A DNA stretch of 64,000 nucleotides, from positions 34,722 through 98,721 of IMG/VR virus record IMGVR_UViG_3300031726_000433; one strand, given 5' to 3'. Source of the DNA: a virus. The notes beneath the pieces are model-generated. The model saw only the letters and a list, made by a program, of their open reading frames with translations, was not told where the DNA came from and made no database searches. Position numbers and translations under genes: made by a program. Shown piece by piece: positions 1-10,690 of the stretch (positions within the stretch are counted from its first letter, which is position 1; every line of letters begins with the position of its first letter).

Positions 1-1
1 G

Positions 2-2329
2 TCAGGATCTACTACTGATCAGATATCTGTTCCATTTAACGCCGGTGTCGCATCTTACTTTTGTTTTGCATATGATAGAAGCTCGACAAGTCCAGTGATG
101 AGTGTGTTCACCGGAAGCATCAGCACATTCCCTGTTCTTGCATCTTCAGTTACTGGAACGATTGCCGGAGCAATTTCTGCAGGATCTGGAAAGTTATATA
201 TTGGATCAGGATCATTAATTTCCAAGGTCGTAAGACCTCTGACTGGATCTCTTGATGAATTAAGATTGTGGAAGTCAGCAAGAACAGTATCAGACATAAG
301 TTCTAGTTTCAATGCAAAGATTTATGCACAAGATAATTTGTATGCTCTGTGGAGTTTCAACGAATCGGGATCTCTTGCATCTGGCGAAAACGTTCTTGTA
401 AAAGATGTGTCTGGTCATAGGCTAAACGGATCTATACAAAACTATTTCTCAGCTCTCAGAGGATCAGGTTCAATACTTCCATATGACATAGAAGATAAGA
501 TTCTTTCCTTAAATTCTCCAGAGGTAGCTTCTTACATTTCAGAACAGCAAGCGTCTGGATCTTTATACGACAGGTATAATGACAACATTATCACGAGAAT
601 GCTACCCGAACAATTCTTTCTTCTAGAAGAGTTTAAGAATACTGAGGTGCTCAAGAATTTTCTATATGTGCTCGGAAGATACTTCGATCAGATCAAAGTG
701 TCAATAGATCAATTCATTCACGTGACTAAAACAAATTACGGAAGATTTAATCAAACTCCCGATGCTTTATTACAAGACGTAGCTAAGATGTTTGGATGGG
801 AATTTACAGGAAACTTCCTAGATGCAGATGTTGTTCAATATCTCCTGGGAAAGCAAGTTCTAACGAATACTCAGAGTAACAAGGCTCTTGATGTAAAGCT
901 TTATGAAATTAAGAATGAGTTTTGGAAAAGAACTCTTATAAATTTGATGCATCTCTATAAGACAAAGGGAACAAAGGAAAGTGTCGAATCTCTTTTGAGA
1001 ATTTATGGTCTTAATAGAAACTTTGTAAGACTTAAGGAATTCGGTTACAAACCAGATTCTGGAATAGAGACTCACAGAATAGCTGCTGAAAAAAGTGTCG
1101 CTGCATTAACATTTGGAAGTGGATCTGCGACGAGTACAAACAGAGTGTTCTCGAAGAATTTCGTCAGGTCATATGATTCAGCAATAGAAACTCGTGTGTG
1201 TTTCCCAACTCAGATAAGTTCTAATTTGACATCAAGCATCTCAACTGGATCTATCTGGACGATGATGTCATCTTCAAAACTTCATCAGTTATATTTCACG
1301 AAGTCATCGGCAACATCTCAGACAGGCAGTCTCATATACACAGGTTCAGAGGGGTCTCTCTCACTCTCGAATGTACCAATTTTTGATAATAGGTGGTGTA
1401 ATGTAACTGTCCTAAGAAGTGCTACGTCGTCATCTATTGTGATTGATGTGCGTATATTGGACGATGACGAAATCACGTATCATCAATCGGCTAGTATGAC
1501 TGCTTCTCTTGCATTTACAACACCAAACAACTCGTTTTGGTTAGGATCATCTGGAACAATGGGCAGTCAAGTATGGATGCAGGAAGCAAGAGTTTGGAAT
1601 GGAACTTTAAGTGACAGCGAAATGAATGATCATGCTTTGAATTACCAAAGCTTCGGATCTGATAACTCAAACGGTGCTTCAAATTTATTGCTACATTGGA
1701 GATTGAATGAGAATGTTTCTGCAAATTCTGGCGGTTTGCTGTACAATCAGATTTACGATTTCTCTGGACAGAATGTATCAGGATCAGGAATTGGCTTTAC
1801 AGCAAGTGTAAATCCATATAAGAAATTTCTAAATTCTTATAACTACGTCGCATCTCCAGAGTATGGGTGGAACGAAGAAAAGATTAGAAGCTTAGACACA
1901 TCGACAGTTCTTCCAGCCGATGCGTTTATAGACAATCCAATGATAGCTTTAGAGTTCAATCTTGTAGATGCTCTCAATGAAGATATCTCACAAATACTAT
2001 CAACACTAGATAATTTCAACGAGTTTATTGGTGCTCCTGTCAATAGATACAGAGACACATATCCCGATCTTGATATTCTTAGGACAAACTACTTCAAGAG
2101 ATTGAATGGGTCTATAAACTTTAGATTGTTTGCTGATCTTTTGGAATTCTTTGATAGATCATTTATCGGTATGATACGTCGACTTATTCCAGCTAGAGCA
2201 GTATTTATAGGTGATGAATTTGTTGTAGAGAGTCATATGCTTGAAAGACCAAAGGTTCAATGGAATTATAGAAGAAGAGAAAAGGAACTCGATCTTGAAG
2301 GTGTGATCAGAGTTTATATTAGATCATGA
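2..2329 (+). CDS. Baseplate wedge/tail protein with LamG-like domains, 5'-truncated by the window edge
   Basis: Frame is open from nt 2 (SGSTTDQ...) through the ORF-track start at 95. LamG-type motifs (LDELRLWKSART; QEARVWNGTLS...LLLHWRLNE) and a P2 gpI-like stretch (LLQDVAKMFGW...KTKGTKESVESLLRIYG). Confidence 0.7.
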   Translation, partial: SGSTTDQISVPFNAGVASYFCFAYDRSSTSPVMSVFTGSISTFPVLASSVTGTIAGAISAGSGKLYIGSGSLISKVVRPLTGSLDELRLWKSARTVSDISSSFNAKIYAQDNLYALWSFNESGSLASGENVLVKDVSGHRLNGSIQNYFSALRGSGSILPYDIEDKILSLNSPEVASYISEQQASGSLYDRYNDNIITRMLPEQFFLLEEFKNTEVLKNFLYVLGRYFDQIKVSIDQFIHVTKTNYGRFNQTPDALLQDVAKMFGWEFTGNFLDADVVQYLLGKQVLTNTQSNKALDVKLYEIKNEFWKRTLINLMHLYKTKGTKESVESLLRIYGLNRNFVRLKEFGYKPDSGIETHRIAAEKSVAALTFGSGSATSTNRVFSKNFVRSYDSAIETRVCFPTQISSNLTSSISTGSIWTMMSSSKLHQLYFTKSSATSQTGSLIYTGSEGSLSLSNVPIFDNRWCNVTVLRSATSSSIVIDVRILDDDEITYHQSASMTASLAFTTPNNSFWLGSSGTMGSQVWMQEARVWNGTLSDSEMNDHALNYQSFGSDNSNGASNLLLHWRLNENVSANSGGLLYNQIYDFSGQNVSGSGIGFTASVNPYKKFLNSYNYVASPEYGWNEEKIRSLDTSTVLPADAFIDNPMIALEFNLVDALNEDISQILSTLDNFNEFIGAPVNRYRDTYPDLDILRTNYFKRLNGSINFRLFADLLEFFDRSFIGMIRRLIPARAVFIGDEFVVESHMLERPKVQWNYRRREKELDLEGVIRVYIRS

Positions 2330-2340
2330 TGGAGATTTGA

Positions 2341-3375
2341 ATGTCTAGAAATAGGGTTTGGTATACAGACATGAACGTACTCGCTGTTGATGTTTCAACA
2401 GCATTCAGAGCTACATGCAGCTCGGCATGGGCATACAAAGAATTCCTAAAGGGAACAATGACTGGCTCAAATGGACCAGAGGGTCCTCCTCTATCAAGTT
2501 CATTTTGGGTTGTAGCTGGTTCTGGAGACGGTGTTACATCCGCCATGGATGGTATCGACCGCACAGGAACAGGATCATTTGATGCGTCTAAGTGGGTTAG
2601 AGGTGCTGCTCATACAAACGTACATACTTGGGTAGCATTAAGAAATCAAAGTAGTTCAATGCACGTTCTGTTGTCTATAGTTGGAGCAACTGATGCTTCA
2701 TGTATTTCAATATATGGAGCGACAACAGCCTTTACGACAACGAATACTGGATCAAATGCTCGTCCAACATCAACAACGGAATGGGTCGGGTTCGGAAGAG
2801 ATGCTGTAACTAACGGTGCACCAACTGATATAAATCAATTCACTGACGGTCTTGCAGTACCATATAGATTTCATATGTGTAGAGATGCAAATGGAGAACA
2901 TTACTTTGCCGCCAGTAAAAATAGTTCCAACATATTTCAAACATTATATATGTTTGCTAGTAGAATTAAGGCTCCAGTTTCAGATCTAGCAAAATATTCA
3001 ATTGTCTGGGCATATTCTTCAACTGGAGTTGTTGGTACTGGTGCCACGTCATTTGCTGGAAGTGCTCCAATGGGTCGTAACATAGGTAATAGTGCGCAGG
3101 AAAAGCAGGTTATTCCGTTATTCTCAGTCGGTGGCAGCGGTAACAACTCAGTTTTTAATAACTCATTCGCCACCGTCGATGCTGACGGTAAGGCTAATTT
3201 GTTTGAAGTGCCAGTGCTTGCGTTATCGTCCTTCGCGTATCGCGGTATTCTTCCAGATGTTCATGTAGTTATTCCGTATGTTACTGCCGGATTAACAATA
3301 CCAGCTACTGGAAGCGTCGAGAGGGTCGGGTTCTCTGGTTGGACAGCACCCTTTTCTGTTGCGCCATTATTGTAA
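2341..3375 (+). CDS. Hypothetical virion-associated protein
   Basis: 344-aa ORF with GGAG SD; G/S/T-rich; lies among tail genes. Confidence 0.5.
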   Translation: MSRNRVWYTDMNVLAVDVSTAFRATCSSAWAYKEFLKGTMTGSNGPEGPPLSSSFWVVAGSGDGVTSAMDGIDRTGTGSFDASKWVRGAAHTNVHTWVALRNQSSSMHVLLSIVGATDASCISIYGATTAFTTTNTGSNARPTSTTEWVGFGRDAVTNGAPTDINQFTDGLAVPYRFHMCRDANGEHYFAASKNSSNIFQTLYMFASRIKAPVSDLAKYSIVWAYSSTGVVGTGATSFAGSAPMGRNIGNSAQEKQVIPLFSVGGSGNNSVFNNSFATVDADGKANLFEVPVLALSSFAYRGILPDVHVVIPYVTAGLTIPATGSVERVGFSGWTAPFSVAPLL

Positions 3376-3384
3376 GGAGATATC

Positions 3385-3897
3385 GTGACGGCATATAACG
3401 TCACAGCTGAAATTGTTTCTGGAGATGTTTCAGCATCTAGTCCAGACGGGATATCTAATTGGACTCACCCGTTCTTCGGCACCAATATCCAGGGCGAAGC
3501 TCAAATAAGCGTCGTTCTCTCAGAATCAATTTCATACGTCCTTTCTCAATCAATCACATACGTATATGTTACTGCGTCTGTTGGTTCTGCTCCAGTCGTA
3601 AGCAATATTCTTCCAACTCCTGGTTCCAATATTCAAGAAACAAACATTCTATCTTTTGACATAACTGATGATTCTGGACAATTCAAGAGGATTATCATTC
3701 ATGCCTACTTTCCAACTCTGAGGATAAAAGAGGTAGTTCACGACGGCGGCTTCGGTCCAACGTATACAGATTCAGCCAATATCGTTACAGTAATATCAGG
3801 TGGGTATAACTACGCCCTTCGTAGAGATGGTGGATGGCCTTCTAACCCGACAATCATACCTTATGTAATAGACATAAGCGGTTCAGAGAATTCATAG
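3385..3897 (+). CDS. Hypothetical protein, possible Ig-like C-terminal domain
   Basis: GTG start after AAGGAG SD; APVVSNILP...LSFDITD pattern resembles an Ig-like beta-sandwich. Confidence 0.45.
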   Translation: MTAYNVTAEIVSGDVSASSPDGISNWTHPFFGTNIQGEAQISVVLSESISYVLSQSITYVYVTASVGSAPVVSNILPTPGSNIQETNILSFDITDDSGQFKRIIIHAYFPTLRIKEVVHDGGFGPTYTDSANIVTVISGGYNYALRRDGGWPSNPTIIPYVIDISGSENS

Positions 3898-3905
3898 AGT
3901 AGACT

Positions 3906-3916
3906 CTATTTATAAG
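3906..3916 (+). promoter_or_regulatory. Putative late promoter (TANTTA motif)
   Basis: CTATTTATAAG just upstream of the SD of 3933. Confidence 0.5.
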
Positions 3917-3932
3917 TTGAGGAACAATTTAA

Positions 3933-6248
3933 GTGCCTACTTCATATTCTTGGGAAATAATCTCAGCACCTCTAAGCGGATCATCTCCTGGTCCAGGCGT
4001 CTATGTTCCGCAACAAGCTATTTTTGGAACTGATCCGAGAAAGAAACAATTTGAAAGAGGAATAAAGTTTGCAAATGCTCCTGGAAATAGAGCAGACATG
4101 GTTGTTCATGGTGGACCAAGAGTCCAACATATCAACAGCTTAGATGCTGCTCATATGAACCCAATGAAATCCATTCCAAGAGATGGAACATATTCTGGGG
4201 CTATGAAGTTTAGATTTAGAAGTTATAGAAACTTTGGCGTACCTTCGAGTGTAAATAAGGTTGAGTATAGATCTAGTGATAGATATACAAACCCAATTCT
4301 AGATGGAACCGGAGTTTATCAAGCTGATCATGTGTGGTTTACAACTGGCTCAGTGACATTCTCGACTAATCAGATGGCTCATGCAAGAACAGTTGCGACA
4401 GCAAACAGACTCAACGATTCGAGGATTATTGTTATTGGTGGTAATGAATCATCAAGTTTGGGGTTTGCAACGACACCATCGGCGTCAATTTTCGCGTCAG
4501 GAACAACAGGATCTTGGACACAGATAGCGTCAATGCCAACACCAAAGCAATATCATGCAGCTGTTACGTTATCTGGTTCTGGAGATGTTGTGGTTTTCGG
4601 TGGAGTAAATGACATCGAAACTTTAACAGAGGAAGTAAGAGCATACAGATACGTAACTACTTCAGGAACATGGATAGCGACATCAGCTTCTTCGTCTATT
4701 CCTAGATTAGATTTTCAAGTAGTACAATTACAAGACGGTACTGTGTTTTTGCCAGGAGGAAGAAAAACTGGCCTCACTCCAACTGGAATAACAGTTAACG
4801 GAAGTTCAAACACAAAAGCTTATTGGAACATGGATAGTCTAGGTTATTCTTCTGATAGTGATGGCGCCACTGACATGTATTTGCTGACAGTTGGTGCTAC
4901 TGCTTCTATTGTTCCTGGGATTTTAGGAAATGCTTTGCAAACAAGTGCTAGTGGGACGATATACGCAGTTGATGCAGCTGGAAAACTTCCAGGTATACTT
5001 TCTGGAAATTGCACGGTTGAGTTTTGGATGAATATTCTCTCAAGTTCAACAGCATCTCCATATGTTCAAGATCAAGGTGTCTTTGCGTACAGTGGAATTT
5101 TTTGGGATGATACGGGATTACAAACGACGAGACCGATGTTCCACATTCAATGGTCAAACTCTACAAGAAAGTTAAGTTTCTACATGAGCCACATGACTAA
5201 TGGGGTGTGGACAACACCAACACCTGTTTACAGTGCTGGGACAGCTTCTCTTGATACATGGCAGCATATAGCAATAACAAAAGAACATACAGGCGTATCT
5301 TTAGATGGATCTGTAAAATATTCAACTATAAAAATGTACATAAATGGAGTTCTTGATTCTACACACGTATCACAAGAAATGTCTACCATCCTCGGAGTAG
5401 CTGGAGAATACGTTTTGTTCGGAACGTCTCCGTCTCCAAGTAATGGTTTTGGTAGTTTAATTAACCTAACTGCCGCAAAATTTGATGACGTTTGTATAAG
5501 TTCAATAACGAAGACGGCATCTCAGGTAAGAACAACATATTTGAATGGAATTGGATATATTGAACGCTCAGAGATTTTTAACACTGGCTCTAATACATTC
5601 TCACTTGTCAATCCATTTCCGATAGAGCCTCTTTCGCGTCAAGGTTACACAACAACACTACTTGATGATGGGACAGTACTTGTGTGTGGAGGCTTAGAAT
5701 CAGGCGTCGCAACGTCCGCTTATAGTCACGCAATGAGATACTATCCAACACAACAAAGTTGGTCTCTTGAACCATCCATGTCTCTACCAAGAACATCTCA
5801 TGAAGCTGTACTGGTTGGAGGCGAAGTATATGTCATGGGTGGACAGTCGTCAATATCTCCAACTGTAATAGAAAATTCAGCTGAGGTTTATAATCCAGTG
5901 ACAAGAACATGGAGAAGATTAGCTGACATGAATGAACGACGCGTGAGATTTACTGCTCACGGATATAATAAGGAACAGGGTTCAAGAGTTATTGTCTTTG
6001 GTGGCAGAACAACGCTAGCTGGTGCTTTAAGTAAGACTGTAGAGGTCTTTGTTCCATCCGATTCAGATCCACTTGGGAGATGGTATTACATGCCATCTCT
6101 AGACTTTGAAGTAGCATATCAACGCGGAGCGTGTCTTAATCCAGGAGACACAGGATCAGTGTTCAAGTTCTTGATTCCGGGTGGTACAATGACATTAGGA
6201 CCAACAACTCTAACAACATCGTCTCAACTCTATACAACCACAGGATGA
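3933..6248 (+). CDS. Kelch-repeat beta-propeller protein with inserted LamG domain (putative tail/receptor-binding protein)
   Basis: Repeated Kelch blades (IIVIGG, VVVFGG, VFLPGG, VLVCGG, VYVMGG, VIVFGG; W...SM..PR..H); LamG motifs TVEFW, WQHIAIT, MYINGVLD, FDDVCIS. Confidence 0.75.
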   Translation: MPTSYSWEIISAPLSGSSPGPGVYVPQQAIFGTDPRKKQFERGIKFANAPGNRADMVVHGGPRVQHINSLDAAHMNPMKSIPRDGTYSGAMKFRFRSYRNFGVPSSVNKVEYRSSDRYTNPILDGTGVYQADHVWFTTGSVTFSTNQMAHARTVATANRLNDSRIIVIGGNESSSLGFATTPSASIFASGTTGSWTQIASMPTPKQYHAAVTLSGSGDVVVFGGVNDIETLTEEVRAYRYVTTSGTWIATSASSSIPRLDFQVVQLQDGTVFLPGGRKTGLTPTGITVNGSSNTKAYWNMDSLGYSSDSDGATDMYLLTVGATASIVPGILGNALQTSASGTIYAVDAAGKLPGILSGNCTVEFWMNILSSSTASPYVQDQGVFAYSGIFWDDTGLQTTRPMFHIQWSNSTRKLSFYMSHMTNGVWTTPTPVYSAGTASLDTWQHIAITKEHTGVSLDGSVKYSTIKMYINGVLDSTHVSQEMSTILGVAGEYVLFGTSPSPSNGFGSLINLTAAKFDDVCISSITKTASQVRTTYLNGIGYIERSEIFNTGSNTFSLVNPFPIEPLSRQGYTTTLLDDGTVLVCGGLESGVATSAYSHAMRYYPTQQSWSLEPSMSLPRTSHEAVLVGGEVYVMGGQSSISPTVIENSAEVYNPVTRTWRRLADMNERRVRFTAHGYNKEQGSRVIVFGGRTTLAGALSKTVEVFVPSDSDPLGRWYYMPSLDFEVAYQRGACLNPGDTGSVFKFLIPGGTMTLGPTTLTTSSQLYTTTG

Positions 6249-6263
6249 GGCATATTTATAGAC

Positions 6264-9200
6264 ATGGCTGATGACTTCGGCGTATACAACATAACTGGTA
6301 AACTTGAACCAACTGTGAGTGCTTCACTTAGTACAGCTCTGCAAGTTTCCGGAAATTTGAACATTAAGAGAAGACCAACAAGAATAACGAGAGACTACAA
6401 CGAAGTTCAGACTGCGAGATCATCTTCTACAAAGCTAATGAACACTTTCGTGATCCCAGAGATTTCATCATCTCACTATGAATCGACATCATTAAATGCT
6501 TATCTAAGTGGAACGCAGAAACTAGAGAGTACAGCTGTTCCAGCGTCTGGAGCGTTCTACTACTCAAAGCAGAATAAACTTGTCAAGTACACGTTTGCAG
6601 TTACTGCCTCAAGTCAACTGGCGACTTCTATAGGTACTCAAGACACAAGTCCTGCGACAGATGAATATGCTGCCAGAGCTACTTACCTTGCGCTTTCTGG
6701 AACATATATCAACTCAGACATGTTTACCCCAGCAGTTATAAATTTCACAGTTCCAAATCATGGAAAGATCAGAGACATTAAGGTGTGGTTGGAATTTATC
6801 AACGATCATCGCGGCGGCCCAGGTCAAACATACACAGGTAGCCCATTCAAGGCTGGGGGCGCTGGAGATTCTGTAAACAACATGCAACAGGGACTACAAG
6901 GAGTTCAGGTAGCGCTGAGAAGTCCGAATGTTTCATTTGAAAATGCTCATCCTTTATGGAACGATCCAACAGTGAGGAATTTTCAAAAGTGGCCGACTGG
7001 TACAGATAGAGTAAGTTCTCAATTTACATATGTTCCAGAACTCTTGAAGAATTCTTATCCATTATGGGCGGGACATAAATGTGAAGATGATCTTGGAGAT
7101 GTTCTTGGATATCATACAGGATCAGTTTCTGCATCTTTCTCTATAAGAAGAATAAACAGTTCTTCATTTGGTCCTGGTATATTAGGAACAGAATTTGCAG
7201 ATCAAACGATTCTGAATGCTTATCCACACGATTTAGTAATGTCTGCATTTAGAACGATAGATGTCATATCTACGCAAAGAACATTGAATGACGTGAATGA
7301 TCAAACTTCTCTGTACTCACCAGGTGCATCAGTATTATATCTCACAACGACAGGAACATTGAACACAGCTGGTGCTTCTTACACAAACATAGATGGGAAT
7401 GGCAACTTAAATAATTCATACACTGGATATTACGTGATGAGTAGTTCACTACCACAGTCTGGAACAATTCAAGTAATGATGAATTATAACGACAATGGCA
7501 CGTACACGAATGCAAATGTTTCTCAATTCGCATCAGGATCATTACAGTTTTTTTCTAGTTCTTTGTCTTTTAACTTTAACGGCATGACGAGCGGAAAATA
7601 TGTATATAGAGCTCCCTTCTCTATGCATAGTCCAAGAATAAGACAACAAAGAAATTCACAATACTTACATGCAATTTGTTGTGATTACTCGTATGGTATA
7701 GTTTACGGAATAAGAATAGCTGGTTCGAATAATTATTCTCCGTGGAGATTAAAGTCTCCGATAATTTCATATAACGGTGGACAAGCATTCGCATCTCCAT
7801 GGGGACCAAATCAAGAAATTCTACCTGGTCCATTTGTAGATTTTGCTCTTGATTCAAGAGGTAAACCACATTTCATATTTAGTTCTGTAAATCTTAATAC
7901 AATTACATCTCAACTCGAATATGCTTTTTTCTCTGGATCGACAGCTGTTTACGAATCAACTCCTCCAAATTCACTTCCAGTTACTAATACAAGCGACACA
8001 ATATATCCAAAACATTATGAATATTACACAGGATCAATACCAGGATTCACAAACGCGTCCTCATTCTATTGGCCTGATTTCATGGTCGGTGTGCTAGATA
8101 ATCCACAATTGAATCCTATCAAGGATAGTAAGAATCCTCAATCGTCAGCCGGACCATATTGTAGAATTGAAATTGATACAAGTGATATGATTCATGTCGT
8201 TTACGCCGATGTCATCAATAAATCTGTCAAATATGCGAAGAAACAAGTTGCATATACACAATGGTCTGGATCATGGGACTTTAATCTAGTTTTTAAACAC
8301 TCTGGTTCATCTGTATTTCCAACGTACATTTCTCTAGACATAGATAAAAATAATAAACCACATATTGCTTATGCTTTATCTGATGTGTCGGCTAATAGCA
8401 GCAGCATTTACTACGCTAAGTCAGGATCATCAGGATGGGAGACCAATCTTGTATCTTCAACACGCGGTGTTAAATTCGGAACAAACATAAAACTTGATAA
8501 CGATGATAACCCTGTGATAATTACGACTGCACAAAATTTTGATGGAAATAACAAATCAGCTCTTTTAATGTTCACATCCAATTCAAGTGGTTGGGATTTC
8601 ATAACACTCAATATGTCAAGCAGTAATGATCCAAGGACTACTTCGCTGATGTTCGACAGGAATAATAAGAAAAGAATTTACACGGGTGGAGAGGACTTGA
8701 CAGCGATATGGGAACTTTCATCTTCTCAAGATGCAACTCATACGTCATATGACACAGATATTGACATGAGAACTATTTTTACTGATAGCTCGAAGAATCT
8801 TAATCCAAGGAATCTCTCTTCGTTATATGACAGCTTGTCTGATATATCTCCTGGAGATTCAAAACGACCTTATCTTAGATTCTTTGATGGAAGAGCTTAC
8901 CCAAGTCCCTTTTCTGCATCATTGCCAATCCTTCAAGCTTTTGGTGTATGGGGATTAGTTTCAGCATCTCACTTGTTTGATCCACCAAAAGGTCAATCAA
9001 CTGCTCTCTCTGGAGCAAATATTCCATGGATGTTAGATCCTAGAATCCCACCAGGAATATTTCACGGTTTAAATTATCAACCAACGACAACATCTTCAAT
9101 CGGTTGGTCTCCTCCTACAGGCTGGCTAACTGGACCTGGAGGAACTGCAAATGTAAATGAGTTCCCAACGACTGGTTCAAATCTTGGTCCAGTTGACTTA

Positions 9201-9977
9201 CAACCAGTGTATCCATTACTAGATGACATTTACGTTGAAAAGATATGGGATCAAGAATCTCTTACTTCAAATCCAACAGTTCTACCGACAACGAGAGGCA
9301 AGATAGTAGGATTTAGACCAGGGCTTCGCGGAACAGATATCAATGGAACTTGGAAATTAATGATTGGAATGGCAGGAGCTCCTGTCGCAAATGTTCCAAC
9401 TGCAGGTGGAAGAAATGGAATTTGGTTCCGTCAAGCTCGTATAGAGTTTACAGTTGATGAAGGAGAAGGAACAAGAGCAACATATGATAGCAAGAAGCTG
9501 AGATTCAAGAAATCTGGAACTCCACAAAAGCCAGGTAAGAGACGCGTAGCTGTTATGTCTGGTAGTTCTGAATGGGACATCGGAATTAGCTACGTGTTTG
9601 TCGAGCAACAAGCAGACTACGGCAGAAGCTATGGAATTACAAGTCAAACAGACTCAAATCAATTTGCTGTCTTCTCTCAGTTGACGGGAACGTTCGTGGA
9701 CATACTGTCAGGTTCTGGTGATCTTGAATCAGTTCAGTCAACATATCTTACAAATGAGTTTGGAACTCCATATATTCCACTTTCAGCAGGATCAGCTGAG
9801 CCTCCTTCATTCGATGTCTTTAGTACAGAAGAGGTTAAGAAGTCAAGAGATTTGTTCACTACCACGTTGAATCCTAGCACACTGATTCCAAGAGACAATA
9901 CTCTAAGATCTGCTCTTGCAAGAGCAGACGTCATAAAGTCTACTAGAGATACAATCATATCTAAACTTAAGCCTTAA
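6264..9977 (+). CDS. Large virion protein with split proprotein-convertase P-like domain and beta-propeller-like repeats
   Basis: GKIRDIKVWLEF...VALRSP and GLRGTDINGTWKLMI halves; repeats such as FALDSRGKPHF, IEIDTSDMIHVVY, LDIDKNNKPHIAY, KLDNDDNPVI. Confidence 0.55.
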   Translation: MADDFGVYNITGKLEPTVSASLSTALQVSGNLNIKRRPTRITRDYNEVQTARSSSTKLMNTFVIPEISSSHYESTSLNAYLSGTQKLESTAVPASGAFYYSKQNKLVKYTFAVTASSQLATSIGTQDTSPATDEYAARATYLALSGTYINSDMFTPAVINFTVPNHGKIRDIKVWLEFINDHRGGPGQTYTGSPFKAGGAGDSVNNMQQGLQGVQVALRSPNVSFENAHPLWNDPTVRNFQKWPTGTDRVSSQFTYVPELLKNSYPLWAGHKCEDDLGDVLGYHTGSVSASFSIRRINSSSFGPGILGTEFADQTILNAYPHDLVMSAFRTIDVISTQRTLNDVNDQTSLYSPGASVLYLTTTGTLNTAGASYTNIDGNGNLNNSYTGYYVMSSSLPQSGTIQVMMNYNDNGTYTNANVSQFASGSLQFFSSSLSFNFNGMTSGKYVYRAPFSMHSPRIRQQRNSQYLHAICCDYSYGIVYGIRIAGSNNYSPWRLKSPIISYNGGQAFASPWGPNQEILPGPFVDFALDSRGKPHFIFSSVNLNTITSQLEYAFFSGSTAVYESTPPNSLPVTNTSDTIYPKHYEYYTGSIPGFTNASSFYWPDFMVGVLDNPQLNPIKDSKNPQSSAGPYCRIEIDTSDMIHVVYADVINKSVKYAKKQVAYTQWSGSWDFNLVFKHSGSSVFPTYISLDIDKNNKPHIAYALSDVSANSSSIYYAKSGSSGWETNLVSSTRGVKFGTNIKLDNDDNPVIITTAQNFDGNNKSALLMFTSNSSGWDFITLNMSSSNDPRTTSLMFDRNNKKRIYTGGEDLTAIWELSSSQDATHTSYDTDIDMRTIFTDSSKNLNPRNLSSLYDSLSDISPGDSKRPYLRFFDGRAYPSPFSASLPILQAFGVWGLVSASHLFDPPKGQSTALSGANIPWMLDPRIPPGIFHGLNYQPTTTSSIGWSPPTGWLTGPGGTANVNEFPTTGSNLGPVDLQPVYPLLDDIYVEKIWDQESLTSNPTVLPTTRGKIVGFRPGLRGTDINGTWKLMIGMAGAPVANVPTAGGRNGIWFRQARIEFTVDEGEGTRATYDSKKLRFKKSGTPQKPGKRRVAVMSGSSEWDIGISYVFVEQQADYGRSYGITSQTDSNQFAVFSQLTGTFVDILSGSGDLESVQSTYLTNEFGTPYIPLSAGSAEPPSFDVFSTEEVKKSRDLFTTTLNPSTLIPRDNTLRSALARADVIKSTRDTIISKLKP

Positions 9978-10009
9978 GATTTCTAATTAATAGATTGTCA
10001 AAAGACTTA

Positions 10010-10020
10010 CTATTTAGAAG
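10010..10020 (+). promoter_or_regulatory. Putative late promoter (TANTTA motif)
   Basis: CTATTTAGAAG immediately before the GGAGG SD. Confidence 0.55.
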
Positions 10021-10034
10021 TGGAGGTTCTCTGA

Positions 10035-10688
10035 ATGGCTGGATTCTTAGATAGAAATACACGAATTGTAGACATGGTTCTCACAAACAATGGGAAACGT
10101 TTACTTTCTAAGGGAGCTCTTCATTTTTGCTATTGGTCTCCATTTGATGACGAAATAGAGTATTCTCCAATCATAGCTGAAAGTGCTTCATTGACTCCAG
10201 TACAACTTAGTTCGTCGATCTACCAGTCAATAGAAACAACTCCAATTAGAGAAGCGACAACTGGATATAGAAATTTCAATGGTTTAGGTGAAGATACAAC
10301 CAACGTAATTCGTCCTTTATTTACAATGGCACAAGGACAGAGAATTCTTCCAAGGACACTATTCCCAGATAATTCTGCGAGAACGATTAAAACAAAACAA
10401 AGGAAAGTACAAAGAGTTTACATCCAGAATGGAAAGAGAGAGAAGTTTCTAAATCCAATAGAACCAGTAGATCTTGGAATGGAAAGATATGCATCAACAG
10501 CTGTCACTCTTGACTTTTCATATTCGAAAGATAGTTTTCCAACTGATTTTCAACCAGATGGATTTCACATGAAGATTCTAAGAAGCGGATCTCAGGGATG
10601 GACAGAGATTAATCCAAAGCGTGATATGAGTAATGATCTTTCATATCACAATGATATAAGGATTTTCACAGGTCGTAAGGGACGTTAA
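10035..10688 (+). CDS. Putative baseplate protein (paralog of 18875..19591)
   Basis: N-terminus GFLD...VDMVLTNNGKRLLSKG...DDEIEY aligns by eye with GFQD...IDAVLTDEGRERLAR...DDEIDY; GGAGG SD. Confidence 0.55.
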   Translation: MAGFLDRNTRIVDMVLTNNGKRLLSKGALHFCYWSPFDDEIEYSPIIAESASLTPVQLSSSIYQSIETTPIREATTGYRNFNGLGEDTTNVIRPLFTMAQGQRILPRTLFPDNSARTIKTKQRKVQRVYIQNGKREKFLNPIEPVDLGMERYASTAVTLDFSYSKDSFPTDFQPDGFHMKILRSGSQGWTEINPKRDMSNDLSYHNDIRIFTGRKGR

Positions 10689-10690
10689 AC

